Assembly: GCA_944326055.1 (NCBI GenBank)
Contig: CALVCT010000021.1
Location: 6,087-70,086, forward strand
DNA: 64,000 bases
Direction of reading: 5' to 3'
DNA from: an uncultured Erysipelotrichaceae bacterium
GTDB taxonomy: Bacteria; Bacillota_I; Bacilli_A; Erysipelotrichales; Erysipelotrichaceae
Positions 18,831-27,255 of the stretch are shown here, one piece after another (position 1 is the first letter of the stretch; each line of letters begins with the position of its first letter). The notes beneath the pieces are model-generated. The model had not been told where the DNA came from. It was given only the letters and a program-made list of their open reading frames with translations, and did not search any database. The translations under genes and the position numbers were made by a program.

Positions 18831-18987
18831 TAATTTATCCGCTATATCTGTCATTACCGTTATATGATCATTTTTTCAAGAAGACTTATTTGATCTGTCT
18901 TTACTTATACTTGCCTCTTAGTCTGCCCTTGACCTTTCTTGATGTTATTAGGTGCTATCAAAGCACCTTTTATTATATAATCTTGCT

Positions 18988-20985
18988 ATGACAGCTCTTG
19001 ATGTACTCAAATTGACAGATAAAAGAAAAGAGATATGTAAGAAGTTAGATCTCAATGATGTCGAAGATATCCTTTCGTATTATCCTATGCGCTATGAGAT
19101 GACAAGACTCAATAAGAAAGAAGAGTTCATCAAGGGTGCTAGAGTCTGTTTCAAAGGCAAGATCATTACTACTACGACATTATATCGTTTTGGCGCTAAA
19201 CGCAGTATGGTACGCTTTAAATGTCTTGATCAATATGGCGATGAGATCAACTGCACGATCTTCAATCGTCCTTGGGCCGCGACACTTAAGCCAGGACAAG
19301 AATTGTACATCGTTGGGACTTTAGAGGCTAAAGACCGGATGAATGTCATCAATTATTACTATCCGAACAAAAAAGATCAGATCTTAGGCATCAAACCAGT
19401 TTACGGTATCAAAGAGGGTGTCAGCCAATATGAGATACGTACACTTATAGCAGCAACACTGAATAAGATGAAAGGCAAGATCATCGATGTCATGCCTGAT
19501 CGCTTTATCAAAGCACATGATCTGATATCACTTGAAGAAGCACTGATCGCTATCCATATGCCTGAGGATATCGATAGCTATAAGCGTGCTCTTGCACGTC
19601 TTAAATACCAAGAATTCTTATATTTCTATCTAGCATTATTTTTAAGACAAGGTGAAATAGTAAAGAAAGTCCCTAAGTCTTTTGATATGGGGGCGATCAA
19701 TAGATTGATCAATTCTTTGAACTTTACTCTCACAAAAGATCAGCTCAGCACGATCAAAGAGATCTTGATCGATCTAAGAAGCGAAAGGACGATGACACGT
19801 CTTGTACAAGGAGATGTCGGTAGTGGTAAGACGATCGTCGCGATCATCGCACTATATGCTAATCATCTAGCTGGTTATCAGGGTGCTTTTATGGCACCGA
19901 CAGAGATCCTAGCTCGCCAGCATTATGAGAATCTTGTTGAATTACTTGAACCTCTTGGTGTGAAGATCGCTCTTTTGACTTCCTCGATCAAAAAAGAAAA
20001 GGAGATCAAAGATAGACTTGCACATAAAGAGATCGACATCGTCGTAGGGACACACGCGCTTTTCTCTGATGATGTCAAGATGTGCGATCTCGGTCTTGTG
20101 ATCACTGACGAACAACAGCGCTTTGGCGTCAATCAAAGAAAGAAACTTCTAGCTAAAGGTGACGATGTCGATTTCCTTTTGATGTCAGCGACACCTATCC
20201 CTAGGACTTTGGCTAGTGCTCTTTATGGAGACATGGCCATCTCTTCGATCTATACGATGCCTGAAGGAAGAAAAGGCTGCGATACAAGAGTCATCTATCA
20301 AAACGATATAAAAGAGATCGTTACTGATCTTATAGCGACTTTAGATAGTGGACGTCAGATCTATATCATCGCCAGTGCCATCGATCATAAAGAAGGTAGT
20401 GAACTTCAAGCAGCTACTGAACTACACGACAAACTACAAAGCATTTTTGCGCCTTATGTCGTCGGCCTTTTACACGGTCGTCTGTCTAATGAGACCAAAG
20501 AAGATGTCATGCGTGATTTTGCTTCAGATCAGATCCAAGTACTCGTTACGACGACTGTCGTTGAAGTCGGAGTCAATGTCCCTAATGCGACATGCATGGT
20601 CGTTTATGATGCTGAACGCTTTGGATTAAGTCAGCTCCATCAGCTTCGTGGTCGCATCCAAAGGTCAGTATATCGTGGTTCATTTTATCTATTGTGCGAT
20701 GAAGATGTAAGTGAAGATGTCAAGAAACGCTTAGAAGTCTTATGCAATACCAATGATGGTTTTAAGATCGCGGAAGAAGATCTCAAACTAAGAGGGCCAG
20801 GTGATATCTTAGGCACAAGACAGAGTGGCCTTCCGTCTTTTATCTTAGGTGATCTCTTCAATGATCGTATCATTATTGACGCAGCACAAAAAGATGCAAG
20901 GGCGATCATTTCCCAAAGTCAGAGGACAGAGTTTCATGATATACTAAAGCAAGTAAAACAAGGCCTGAAAGAGAGTTTGAATTGA
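18988..20985 (+). CDS. recG: ATP-dependent DNA helicase RecG
   Basis: ORF 18952..20985. ATG 18988 gives a typical N-terminus (MTALDVLKL...YYPMRYE). Helicase motifs GDVGSGKT, DEQQRFGV, MSATPIPRT, QLHQLRGRIQR. Confidence 0.9.
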   Translation: MTALDVLKLTDKRKEICKKLDLNDVEDILSYYPMRYEMTRLNKKEEFIKGARVCFKGKIITTTTLYRFGAKRSMVRFKCLDQYGDEINCTIFNRPWAATLKPGQELYIVGTLEAKDRMNVINYYYPNKKDQILGIKPVYGIKEGVSQYEIRTLIAATLNKMKGKIIDVMPDRFIKAHDLISLEEALIAIHMPEDIDSYKRALARLKYQEFLYFYLALFLRQGEIVKKVPKSFDMGAINRLINSLNFTLTKDQLSTIKEILIDLRSERTMTRLVQGDVGSGKTIVAIIALYANHLAGYQGAFMAPTEILARQHYENLVELLEPLGVKIALLTSSIKKEKEIKDRLAHKEIDIVVGTHALFSDDVKMCDLGLVITDEQQRFGVNQRKKLLAKGDDVDFLLMSATPIPRTLASALYGDMAISSIYTMPEGRKGCDTRVIYQNDIKEIVTDLIATLDSGRQIYIIASAIDHKEGSELQAATELHDKLQSIFAPYVVGLLHGRLSNETKEDVMRDFASDQIQVLVTTTVVEVGVNVPNATCMVVYDAERFGLSQLHQLRGRIQRSVYRGSFYLLCDEDVSEDVKKRLEVLCNTNDGFKIAEEDLKLRGPGDILGTRQSGLPSFILGDLFNDRIIIDAAQKDARAIISQSQRTEFHDILKQVKQGLKESLN

Positions 20986-20990
20986 GAGAT

Positions 20991-21668
20991 ATGAATATTT
21001 TTGGATTTTTAGATGAACATCATATCGTCTATCACGATAAGAGATTGATCGAGCAAGCTTTCATCCACTCATCATATGTGAATGAACACCGCTCAGGACT
21101 AAAAGATAATGAACGCTTAGAATTCATGGGCGATGCGGTACTCCAGATCTGGATATCGGTCAAGCTCTTTTCTTTGAAGCCACCATTACCAGAAGGAAAG
21201 ATGACTGTCAAAAGGGCCAATCTTGTTTGTGAGAAGGCGCTTGCCAGCTATGTCAGAGAGTTTGGACTCAATCAATTCCTCAAGCTTGGTCAGGGTGAAG
21301 AGAAGACGGGTGGCAGAAATCGTGACAGCGTCATCGCGGATATGTTTGAAGCTCTAACTGGTGCCATCTTCATCGACACTGATTTTGACAACGTTTCGAA
21401 GTTTCTTGAACTTACGATCGCTAAGCATATCGATGATGGTCATGATGATGAGCTCGACTACAAGACGAAATTACAAGAATACGTACAAGCAGATAGTCGT
21501 AAAGCGATAACCTATGAGACAGAAAGCATCGTCGGCCCAAGCAATGATCCGCTTTTTACAGTAGTCTGTAAGATCGACGGTCTGATCTATGGTAAAGGTC
21601 AGGGCACGAGTAAGAAAGAAGCACAGAAAGAGGCAGCTAAAAGTGCTCTTTCGAAGATGGCAAGGTGA
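20991..21668 (+). CDS. rnc: Ribonuclease III
   Basis: Signature ERLEFMGDAVL and C-terminal dsRBD GQGTSKKEAQKEAAKSAL. Confidence 0.9.
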   Translation: MNIFGFLDEHHIVYHDKRLIEQAFIHSSYVNEHRSGLKDNERLEFMGDAVLQIWISVKLFSLKPPLPEGKMTVKRANLVCEKALASYVREFGLNQFLKLGQGEEKTGGRNRDSVIADMFEALTGAIFIDTDFDNVSKFLELTIAKHIDDGHDDELDYKTKLQEYVQADSRKAITYETESIVGPSNDPLFTVVCKIDGLIYGKGQGTSKKEAQKEAAKSALSKMAR

Positions 21669-24600
21669 ACATGCGGTCTTTGATCGATAGTCTTATCAAA
21701 AGATATGGCTTAGAAGACAAGCGTCCTTTTTTGGAAAATGTCAAGATAGTCTCCTGTGTCTTACATAAAAGTAAAGATGAAGTGATCATTACTTTAGCTA
21801 GTCCTGAGATCTTGTCTTTTACGCTCTACAGTAAGATCAAGGAGTATTTTGAAGAACTGATCGAACACGATGTGTCGCTTTTCATTGAGCCAAATGAGAG
21901 CAATCTTGCGCTGAACGATGTCATATATTATTTAAAAGATTATTCTAAAGATCATGCCTCAGCATTTAGATCGGCTCTACCACTTTTGAAAGATGGCAAT
22001 CTTGATATCCATTATGATCAAAAGAAACACTATGATACAGATAGACCTTATTTTTGTGATCTCATGAGCTATCTACATAAGATAGGCTTTAAGACTGATA
22101 TCACTTTCTCATTTGAAGATGAGAAGAAAGAGAAAGAAGAGACGCTCATCAATGCTGAAGAGATAAAGACGCCAAAGAAAGAAGTCCAGACTATCAAAAA
22201 TTCTTATGTAAGTGAAAGGCCTTATACGAGAAAAAGAAGGACAGATGTGACATATAGAGATGTACGCATCGATGACTTAGTCAATGAAGAGAATGATGTC
22301 GCTTTTGAAGGGGAGATCTTCAAAGTCGATACGATAACGACCAAGAAAGGCAAAGACATCGTGACACTTTATGTGAAAGATGAAGACAATGCCCTGATCG
22401 TCAAAGTCTTTGAGGGCGGTTATTTCAATCAAGAACGTTTGAAGACATATCGTAAAGGTGTCTGGATCAAAGCCAGTGGTAATTATCGCTATGACGATTT
22501 CAGTAAAGATTATACGTTTACTCCTGATGATATCGAGATCATCGAGGCAAAAGATAGATTAGTCGATGATGAGGCAGATAAGCGCGTTGAGCTACATGCA
22601 CACACTAACCGTTCAGAGATGGATGGCGTCTGCAAGGCTGATGAGATCGTTGAAGCTGCTTTTTCGATGGGACACAAAGCTGTAGCTATCACCGATCACT
22701 ATGGAGTCCAAGCTTTCCCGACAGCGCAAAAAGCCGCAAAAGCTTGTCTTAAGAGCGATCCTGAGCGCGAGTTCAAGATCCTTTATGGTGTAGAGATGGC
22801 GATGGTCGATAAGCGTCTTAATATCGTCTATAATAAGACCGATGATGATATCAGTGATGCAAGGTATGTCGTCTTTGATATCGAGACCACAGGCCTTAGT
22901 TCTACTTATGATCATATCATTGAATTTGGTGCAGTCACGATGTATCGAGGCAATATCGAATCACGCATCGATATGTTCATCAAGCCACCAGTCAAGCTCT
23001 CAAGCTTCACGACTCATCTCACGCATATCAAGGATTCTGACCTCGCTAATGCGAGATCTTTTGCAGAGGTCAAAGATGAGATCTTAGATTATGTGAAAGG
23101 AAAAGTCTTGGTCGCTCATAACGCTAGTTTCGACTATGGCTTTATCAACGCAGAACTCAAAAGGATCAAAGCCGATCCTATCGATAATGTCGTCATCGAT
23201 ACATTAGATCTCGCAAGAGCGATGTTTAAGGACCAAAAACGTTTCCGATTAGGCTCTGTCGCTAAACATTTTGGTGTCGAATATGATGAATCAGATGCCC
23301 ACAGAGCCGATTATGATGCTGAAGTATTGGCTCAAGTCTTCAATCTCATGCTCAAACAGATCAAAGAAGATGAGATCAAGACTTTTAGGGAACTTGATGA
23401 CTATCAAGATATAGAGAATGCTTTTAAAAAGAAGAGAGCTTATCATGTCACTGCTCTTGCTAAGAATAAAGATGGTCTCAAAGATCTTTTCAAGATGATC
23501 TCGATCGCTCATACAAAGACTTTACTGGTCACATCGAAGATCTCTGATGATGCAAGCGATGATAGTAAAGAGGTCGCAGCTGAGCCACGAACACTTAGAG
23601 AGACGATCAGAGAGTATCGTAAAGATTTGCTGATCGGCAGCGCTTGTCTTAATGGTGAAGTCTTTGAGATCGCCAGTACGAGAAGTCAAGAAGAATTAGA
23701 AGAAGCTATAGCTTTCTATGACTATATCGAAGTCCAGCCTTTAGAGAATTATCGCCAGCTCTATGAAGTGCGCGATTCTTTGACGAAAGATAAGCTCAAA
23801 CTCATCCTTAAAAACATCATCCAAACAGCCAAGAGATTAGGGAAGATCGTTTGTGCAACTGGTGATCTGCATTATGTGAAGAAAGATGAAAAGATCTTAC
23901 GAGATGTCTATATCACTGCAAAGGGTATCGGCAGTGCACGTCACCCTCTATATATCTATGATAAAGTCAAGCGCTTGACTTCAAAGACTCCTGATCAAAG
24001 ATTTTTGAATACCAAGGAGATGTTAGAAGCATTCAGCTGGTTAGAAGATGAAGATCTGATCAAAGAGATCGTCATCACAAATACGAATAAGATCGCTGAT
24101 ATGTGCGAAGTGATCTATCCTATCCATTCAAAGCTATATACACCAACGATCAAAGATTCGGATAAGCTCCTTACGGATATCGTCTATACGCGAGCTAAAG
24201 AGATCTATGGCGAACCATTAGATAAGACGATCGATGATCGATTGAAGAAAGAATTAGATGCGATCATCGGTAATGGGTATGGGGTGATCTATTATGTATC
24301 GCATCTTTTAGTCAAGCGTTCTAATGAAGATGGCTATCTCGTTGGATCCCGAGGTTCTGTTGGCTCTTCACTTGTTGCGACGATGGCTGGTATCACAGAA
24401 GTCAATCCCTTAGCACCACATTATATCTGTCCACATTGTAAACACTTAGAATGGGTCGATGAGACTGCTCTATCTGGTTATAATCTTGAAAATAAAGTCT
24501 GTCCCGTTTGTGGAGCGACGATGAGAGGCGATGGTCAGGATATACCTTTTGAGACCTTCCTTGGTTTCAATGGTGATAAAGTACCTGATATCGATCTTAA

Positions 24601-26038
24601 TTTCTCGGGTGATTATCAAAAAAGAGCGCATCTTTTCACGCGAGAGGTCTTTGGTGAAGATCATGTCTTCAGAGCAGGGACGATCTCGACAGTCATGGAA
24701 AAGACAGCTTATGGTTATGTCAATAGTTATCTTGATGAATATGATATCTCTAAAGATAGTATCTCCAAGGCTCAAAAAGAGCGTCTTGTTGAAGGGTGTC
24801 TTGATGTCAAGCGGACGACAGGTCAACATGCAGGTGGTATCATCGTCATTCCAAGTGAGATGGATGTCTATGATTTCACACCTATACAATATCCTGCCAA
24901 CGATCCAAATGCGACTTGGTATACTACACACTTCGATTTCCATGAGATCCACGACAATGTCCTCAAATTCGATATCTTAGGTCATGTCGATCCGACTGCT
25001 ATGCGTCTTTTACAGAATATCTCTGGTATCGACCCGAAATCGATACCGATGAACGATAAAAAGACGATCTCGATCTTCTCAAGCGCTGAGGCTCTCAATA
25101 TAATCGACCCAGTTTATGACGAGAAGACAGGAGCCTGTGGTCTTCCGGAATTCGGTACGAGATTCGTTCGTGGTATCTTAGAGATGACAAGGCCTACAGC
25201 TTTCAGTGATCTTGTTCAGATCTCAGGACTTTCACATGGTACCGATGTCTGGAACAATAACGCCAAGGATCTTGTTGAAGAGGGCATCGCTCTTCGTGAT
25301 GTCATTGGATGTCGTGATGATATCATGGTCACGATGCTGCGCTATGGCTTAGAATCAAAGATGGCTTTCGATATCATGGAGAAGGTCAGAAAAGGTAAAG
25401 GCTTATCATCTGAACAAGAAGAAGAGATGCTAAGGCACGATGTGCCGAAATGGTATATCGATTCATGTAAGAAGATCAAATACATGTTCCCAAAAGCTCA
25501 CGCTGTCGCTTATGTTATCATGGCTGTGCGTATCGCATGGTTCAAGGTCTATCATCCAGAATATTATTATGTATCATACTTAAGTCTTAGGTGTGATGCC
25601 TATGATCTAAATGCTATGCTCAAAAGCGCTAGAGAGATCAAGATCTGGCTTGATAGGATAGATGAGAAACGCTTCAGCAGAGATCCAGAAGACAAGGTCT
25701 CAGATAAAGAGAAGAACCTCTATGATACTTTAGAGATATGTTATGAGATGAAGGCGAGAGGTTATGATATCACTAATATCGATATCGAAAGATCACTAGC
25801 GACAGAGTTCTTAGTCGATCCTGATGATGATCATCTTATCATCCCACCTTTCACTGTCATCGATGGTCTAGGTGCCAACGTTGCTGAAAGTATCGTTCAA
25901 GCTAGAGAAGAGCGTCCTTTCAGTGATAAACAAGACTTGACGAAACGTACACTCTTATCAAAGACTTTACTAAAGCGCTTTGAAGAGCTTGGTATCTTAG
26001 ATGGTTTGGATGAATCGGATCAACTATCATTATTCTAG
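21665..26038 (+). CDS. polC: DNA polymerase III alpha subunit, PolC type
   Basis: 1457 aa with an internal 3'-5' exonuclease (VVFDIETTGLS, HNASFDYGF, HRADYDA), Zn module CPHCKH...CPVCG, and PHP plus pol III core. The start is either GTG 21665 or ATG 21671. Confidence 0.95.
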   Translation: MNMRSLIDSLIKRYGLEDKRPFLENVKIVSCVLHKSKDEVIITLASPEILSFTLYSKIKEYFEELIEHDVSLFIEPNESNLALNDVIYYLKDYSKDHASAFRSALPLLKDGNLDIHYDQKKHYDTDRPYFCDLMSYLHKIGFKTDITFSFEDEKKEKEETLINAEEIKTPKKEVQTIKNSYVSERPYTRKRRTDVTYRDVRIDDLVNEENDVAFEGEIFKVDTITTKKGKDIVTLYVKDEDNALIVKVFEGGYFNQERLKTYRKGVWIKASGNYRYDDFSKDYTFTPDDIEIIEAKDRLVDDEADKRVELHAHTNRSEMDGVCKADEIVEAAFSMGHKAVAITDHYGVQAFPTAQKAAKACLKSDPEREFKILYGVEMAMVDKRLNIVYNKTDDDISDARYVVFDIETTGLSSTYDHIIEFGAVTMYRGNIESRIDMFIKPPVKLSSFTTHLTHIKDSDLANARSFAEVKDEILDYVKGKVLVAHNASFDYGFINAELKRIKADPIDNVVIDTLDLARAMFKDQKRFRLGSVAKHFGVEYDESDAHRADYDAEVLAQVFNLMLKQIKEDEIKTFRELDDYQDIENAFKKKRAYHVTALAKNKDGLKDLFKMISIAHTKTLLVTSKISDDASDDSKEVAAEPRTLRETIREYRKDLLIGSACLNGEVFEIASTRSQEELEEAIAFYDYIEVQPLENYRQLYEVRDSLTKDKLKLILKNIIQTAKRLGKIVCATGDLHYVKKDEKILRDVYITAKGIGSARHPLYIYDKVKRLTSKTPDQRFLNTKEMLEAFSWLEDEDLIKEIVITNTNKIADMCEVIYPIHSKLYTPTIKDSDKLLTDIVYTRAKEIYGEPLDKTIDDRLKKELDAIIGNGYGVIYYVSHLLVKRSNEDGYLVGSRGSVGSSLVATMAGITEVNPLAPHYICPHCKHLEWVDETALSGYNLENKVCPVCGATMRGDGQDIPFETFLGFNGDKVPDIDLNFSGDYQKRAHLFTREVFGEDHVFRAGTISTVMEKTAYGYVNSYLDEYDISKDSISKAQKERLVEGCLDVKRTTGQHAGGIIVIPSEMDVYDFTPIQYPANDPNATWYTTHFDFHEIHDNVLKFDILGHVDPTAMRLLQNISGIDPKSIPMNDKKTISIFSSAEALNIIDPVYDEKTGACGLPEFGTRFVRGILEMTRPTAFSDLVQISGLSHGTDVWNNNAKDLVEEGIALRDVIGCRDDIMVTMLRYGLESKMAFDIMEKVRKGKGLSSEQEEEMLRHDVPKWYIDSCKKIKYMFPKAHAVAYVIMAVRIAWFKVYHPEYYYVSYLSLRCDAYDLNAMLKSAREIKIWLDRIDEKRFSRDPEDKVSDKEKNLYDTLEICYEMKARGYDITNIDIERSLATEFLVDPDDDHLIIPPFTVIDGLGANVAESIVQAREERPFSDKQDLTKRTLLSKTLLKRFEELGILDGLDESDQLSLF

Positions 26039-26050
26039 GAGGAAGAGAAG

Positions 26051-26566
26051 ATGAACGAAACGATCAAGACGATCTTAGAAAGAAGATCACAAAGAAAGTT
26101 CACGGAGCAAAAGATCTCAAAAGAAGACTTACTTTTGATCACAGAATGTGCTTTACATGCACCAAGCGCAAGATGTTCAGACAAATGGCATTTTACGATC
26201 ATCAATGATGATGAGCTGATAGATGAGCTGATAAAAGTCATGCAGGAGCTCTTAGATAGAGAAAGTTACGATCTCTATAGACCTAAAGCGATCATCATTC
26301 CTTCAACACCAAGAGATTATAAGTATGGTGTCGATGACAATGCCTGTGCCTTAGAGAATATCTTTCTTGCAGCGACCTCACTTGGTATCGGATCTGTTTG
26401 GATCAACCAATTGCGCGATTTCAATGATGATGTCAAACTCAGGACTTATCTTGATAAGCTTGAGATACCTGAAGATCATGTCGTCTATGGCATCGCTGTT
26501 TTGGGCTATCCTTCAGATGAGCCACTGAAGAAAGAGCGCAAAGGTACATACAAGTATTTTAGCTAG
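26051..26566 (+). CDS. Nitroreductase family protein
   Basis: 171 aa. N-terminus ILERRSQRKF and overall length fit the NADH/flavin nitroreductase fold. GGAGGA RBS. Confidence 0.75.
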   Translation: MNETIKTILERRSQRKFTEQKISKEDLLLITECALHAPSARCSDKWHFTIINDDELIDELIKVMQELLDRESYDLYRPKAIIIPSTPRDYKYGVDDNACALENIFLAATSLGIGSVWINQLRDFNDDVKLRTYLDKLEIPEDHVVYGIAVLGYPSDEPLKKERKGTYKYFS

Positions 26567-26594
26567 AAAAGACCGATCGGTCTTTTCTTTTTTT
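26567..26594 (+). terminator. Rho-independent terminator after the nitroreductase gene
   Basis: AAAAGACCGATCGGTCTTTT followed by CTTTTTTT. Confidence 0.75.
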
Positions 26595-26625
26595 GAGGAT
26601 CTTTTTAAAGATCCTCCTTTTTATA
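26595..26625 (+). promoter_or_regulatory. Perfect 7-8-7 palindrome (second terminator or operator) just upstream of the first WXG100 gene
   Basis: GAGGATC-TTTTTAAA-GATCCTC (26595-26616) followed by CTTTTTATA. It lies 30 nt upstream of ATG 26647. Confidence 0.5.
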
Positions 26626-26646
26626 TGGTGAAAGGAGGATATCATC

Positions 26647-26946
26647 ATGCGAAGGATAGTGGTCGAGACAGCTCGTGTCTTAGAAACGGCTGATCGGATC
26701 GAAGAAGCGAAAGAAGAATATAAGCGTTTATATTTTGAGCTATATGATCGCGTCGATCTTTTAGCTGGTGTTTGGACAGGAGCTGACAATCAAAAGTTTA
26801 CGACGAAGATCAAGTCGTATGAGGATGATTTTAGGCGTATCTCAGTGATCATGATGCAGTATGTGGATTTTCTAAGACACAGCGCAAAAGCATATGCGAG
26901 TACGCAAGAAGAACTCATCAATCAAGCAGAGCATCTGAAGACTTAA
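26647..26946 (+). CDS. WXG100 (ESAT-6/EsxA-like) protein
   Basis: 99 aa, predicted helix-turn-helix, W43-T-G45 at the centre (LLAGVWTGADNQKF). AAGGAGG RBS. Confidence 0.8.
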   Translation: MRRIVVETARVLETADRIEEAKEEYKRLYFELYDRVDLLAGVWTGADNQKFTTKIKSYEDDFRRISVIMMQYVDFLRHSAKAYASTQEELINQAEHLKT

Positions 26947-26958
26947 GGAGGTGAAAAA

Positions 26959-27255
26959 ATGGGTGATATCAAGATCACGATAGCTGATGTCAGAAACACA
27001 GCGAGTGAGCTCAGAAGGCTTAATACGAGCTTAGATAATGTCTTGGAGAAGACAAAAAATGAAATGCGCTCTTTGAGTGCTATATGGAGCTCTGATGGTT
27101 CGGAGATGATCAGGCAGCGTTTTGAACATTTTTCCAAGAAGTTTCTTGAGGAGAAAGAGACGATCGAAGAATATGCTCGGTTTTTAGATCTGACTGCTGA
27201 ATCATATGATTCATTAGAATCGACGATCACAGAGAATGCGTCGACTTTCATCTAG
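26959..27255 (+). CDS. WXG100-like protein with a degenerate turn (W-S-S-D-G)
   Basis: 98 aa. LSAIWSSDGSEMIRQRFEHFSKKF...ESYDSLESTITENASTF is collinear with staphylococcal EsxA (ANWEGQAFSRFEEQF...). AAGGAGG RBS. Confidence 0.7.
   Translation: MGDIKITIADVRNTASELRRLNTSLDNVLEKTKNEMRSLSAIWSSDGSEMIRQRFEHFSKKFLEEKETIEEYARFLDLTAESYDSLESTITENASTFI

Noticed and set aside
24470-24980. 160-aa antisense and 149-aa alternative-frame ORFs inside polC
   Set aside because: polC is continuous and motif-rich across this region. The shadow ORFs have low-complexity I/R/S-rich translations.
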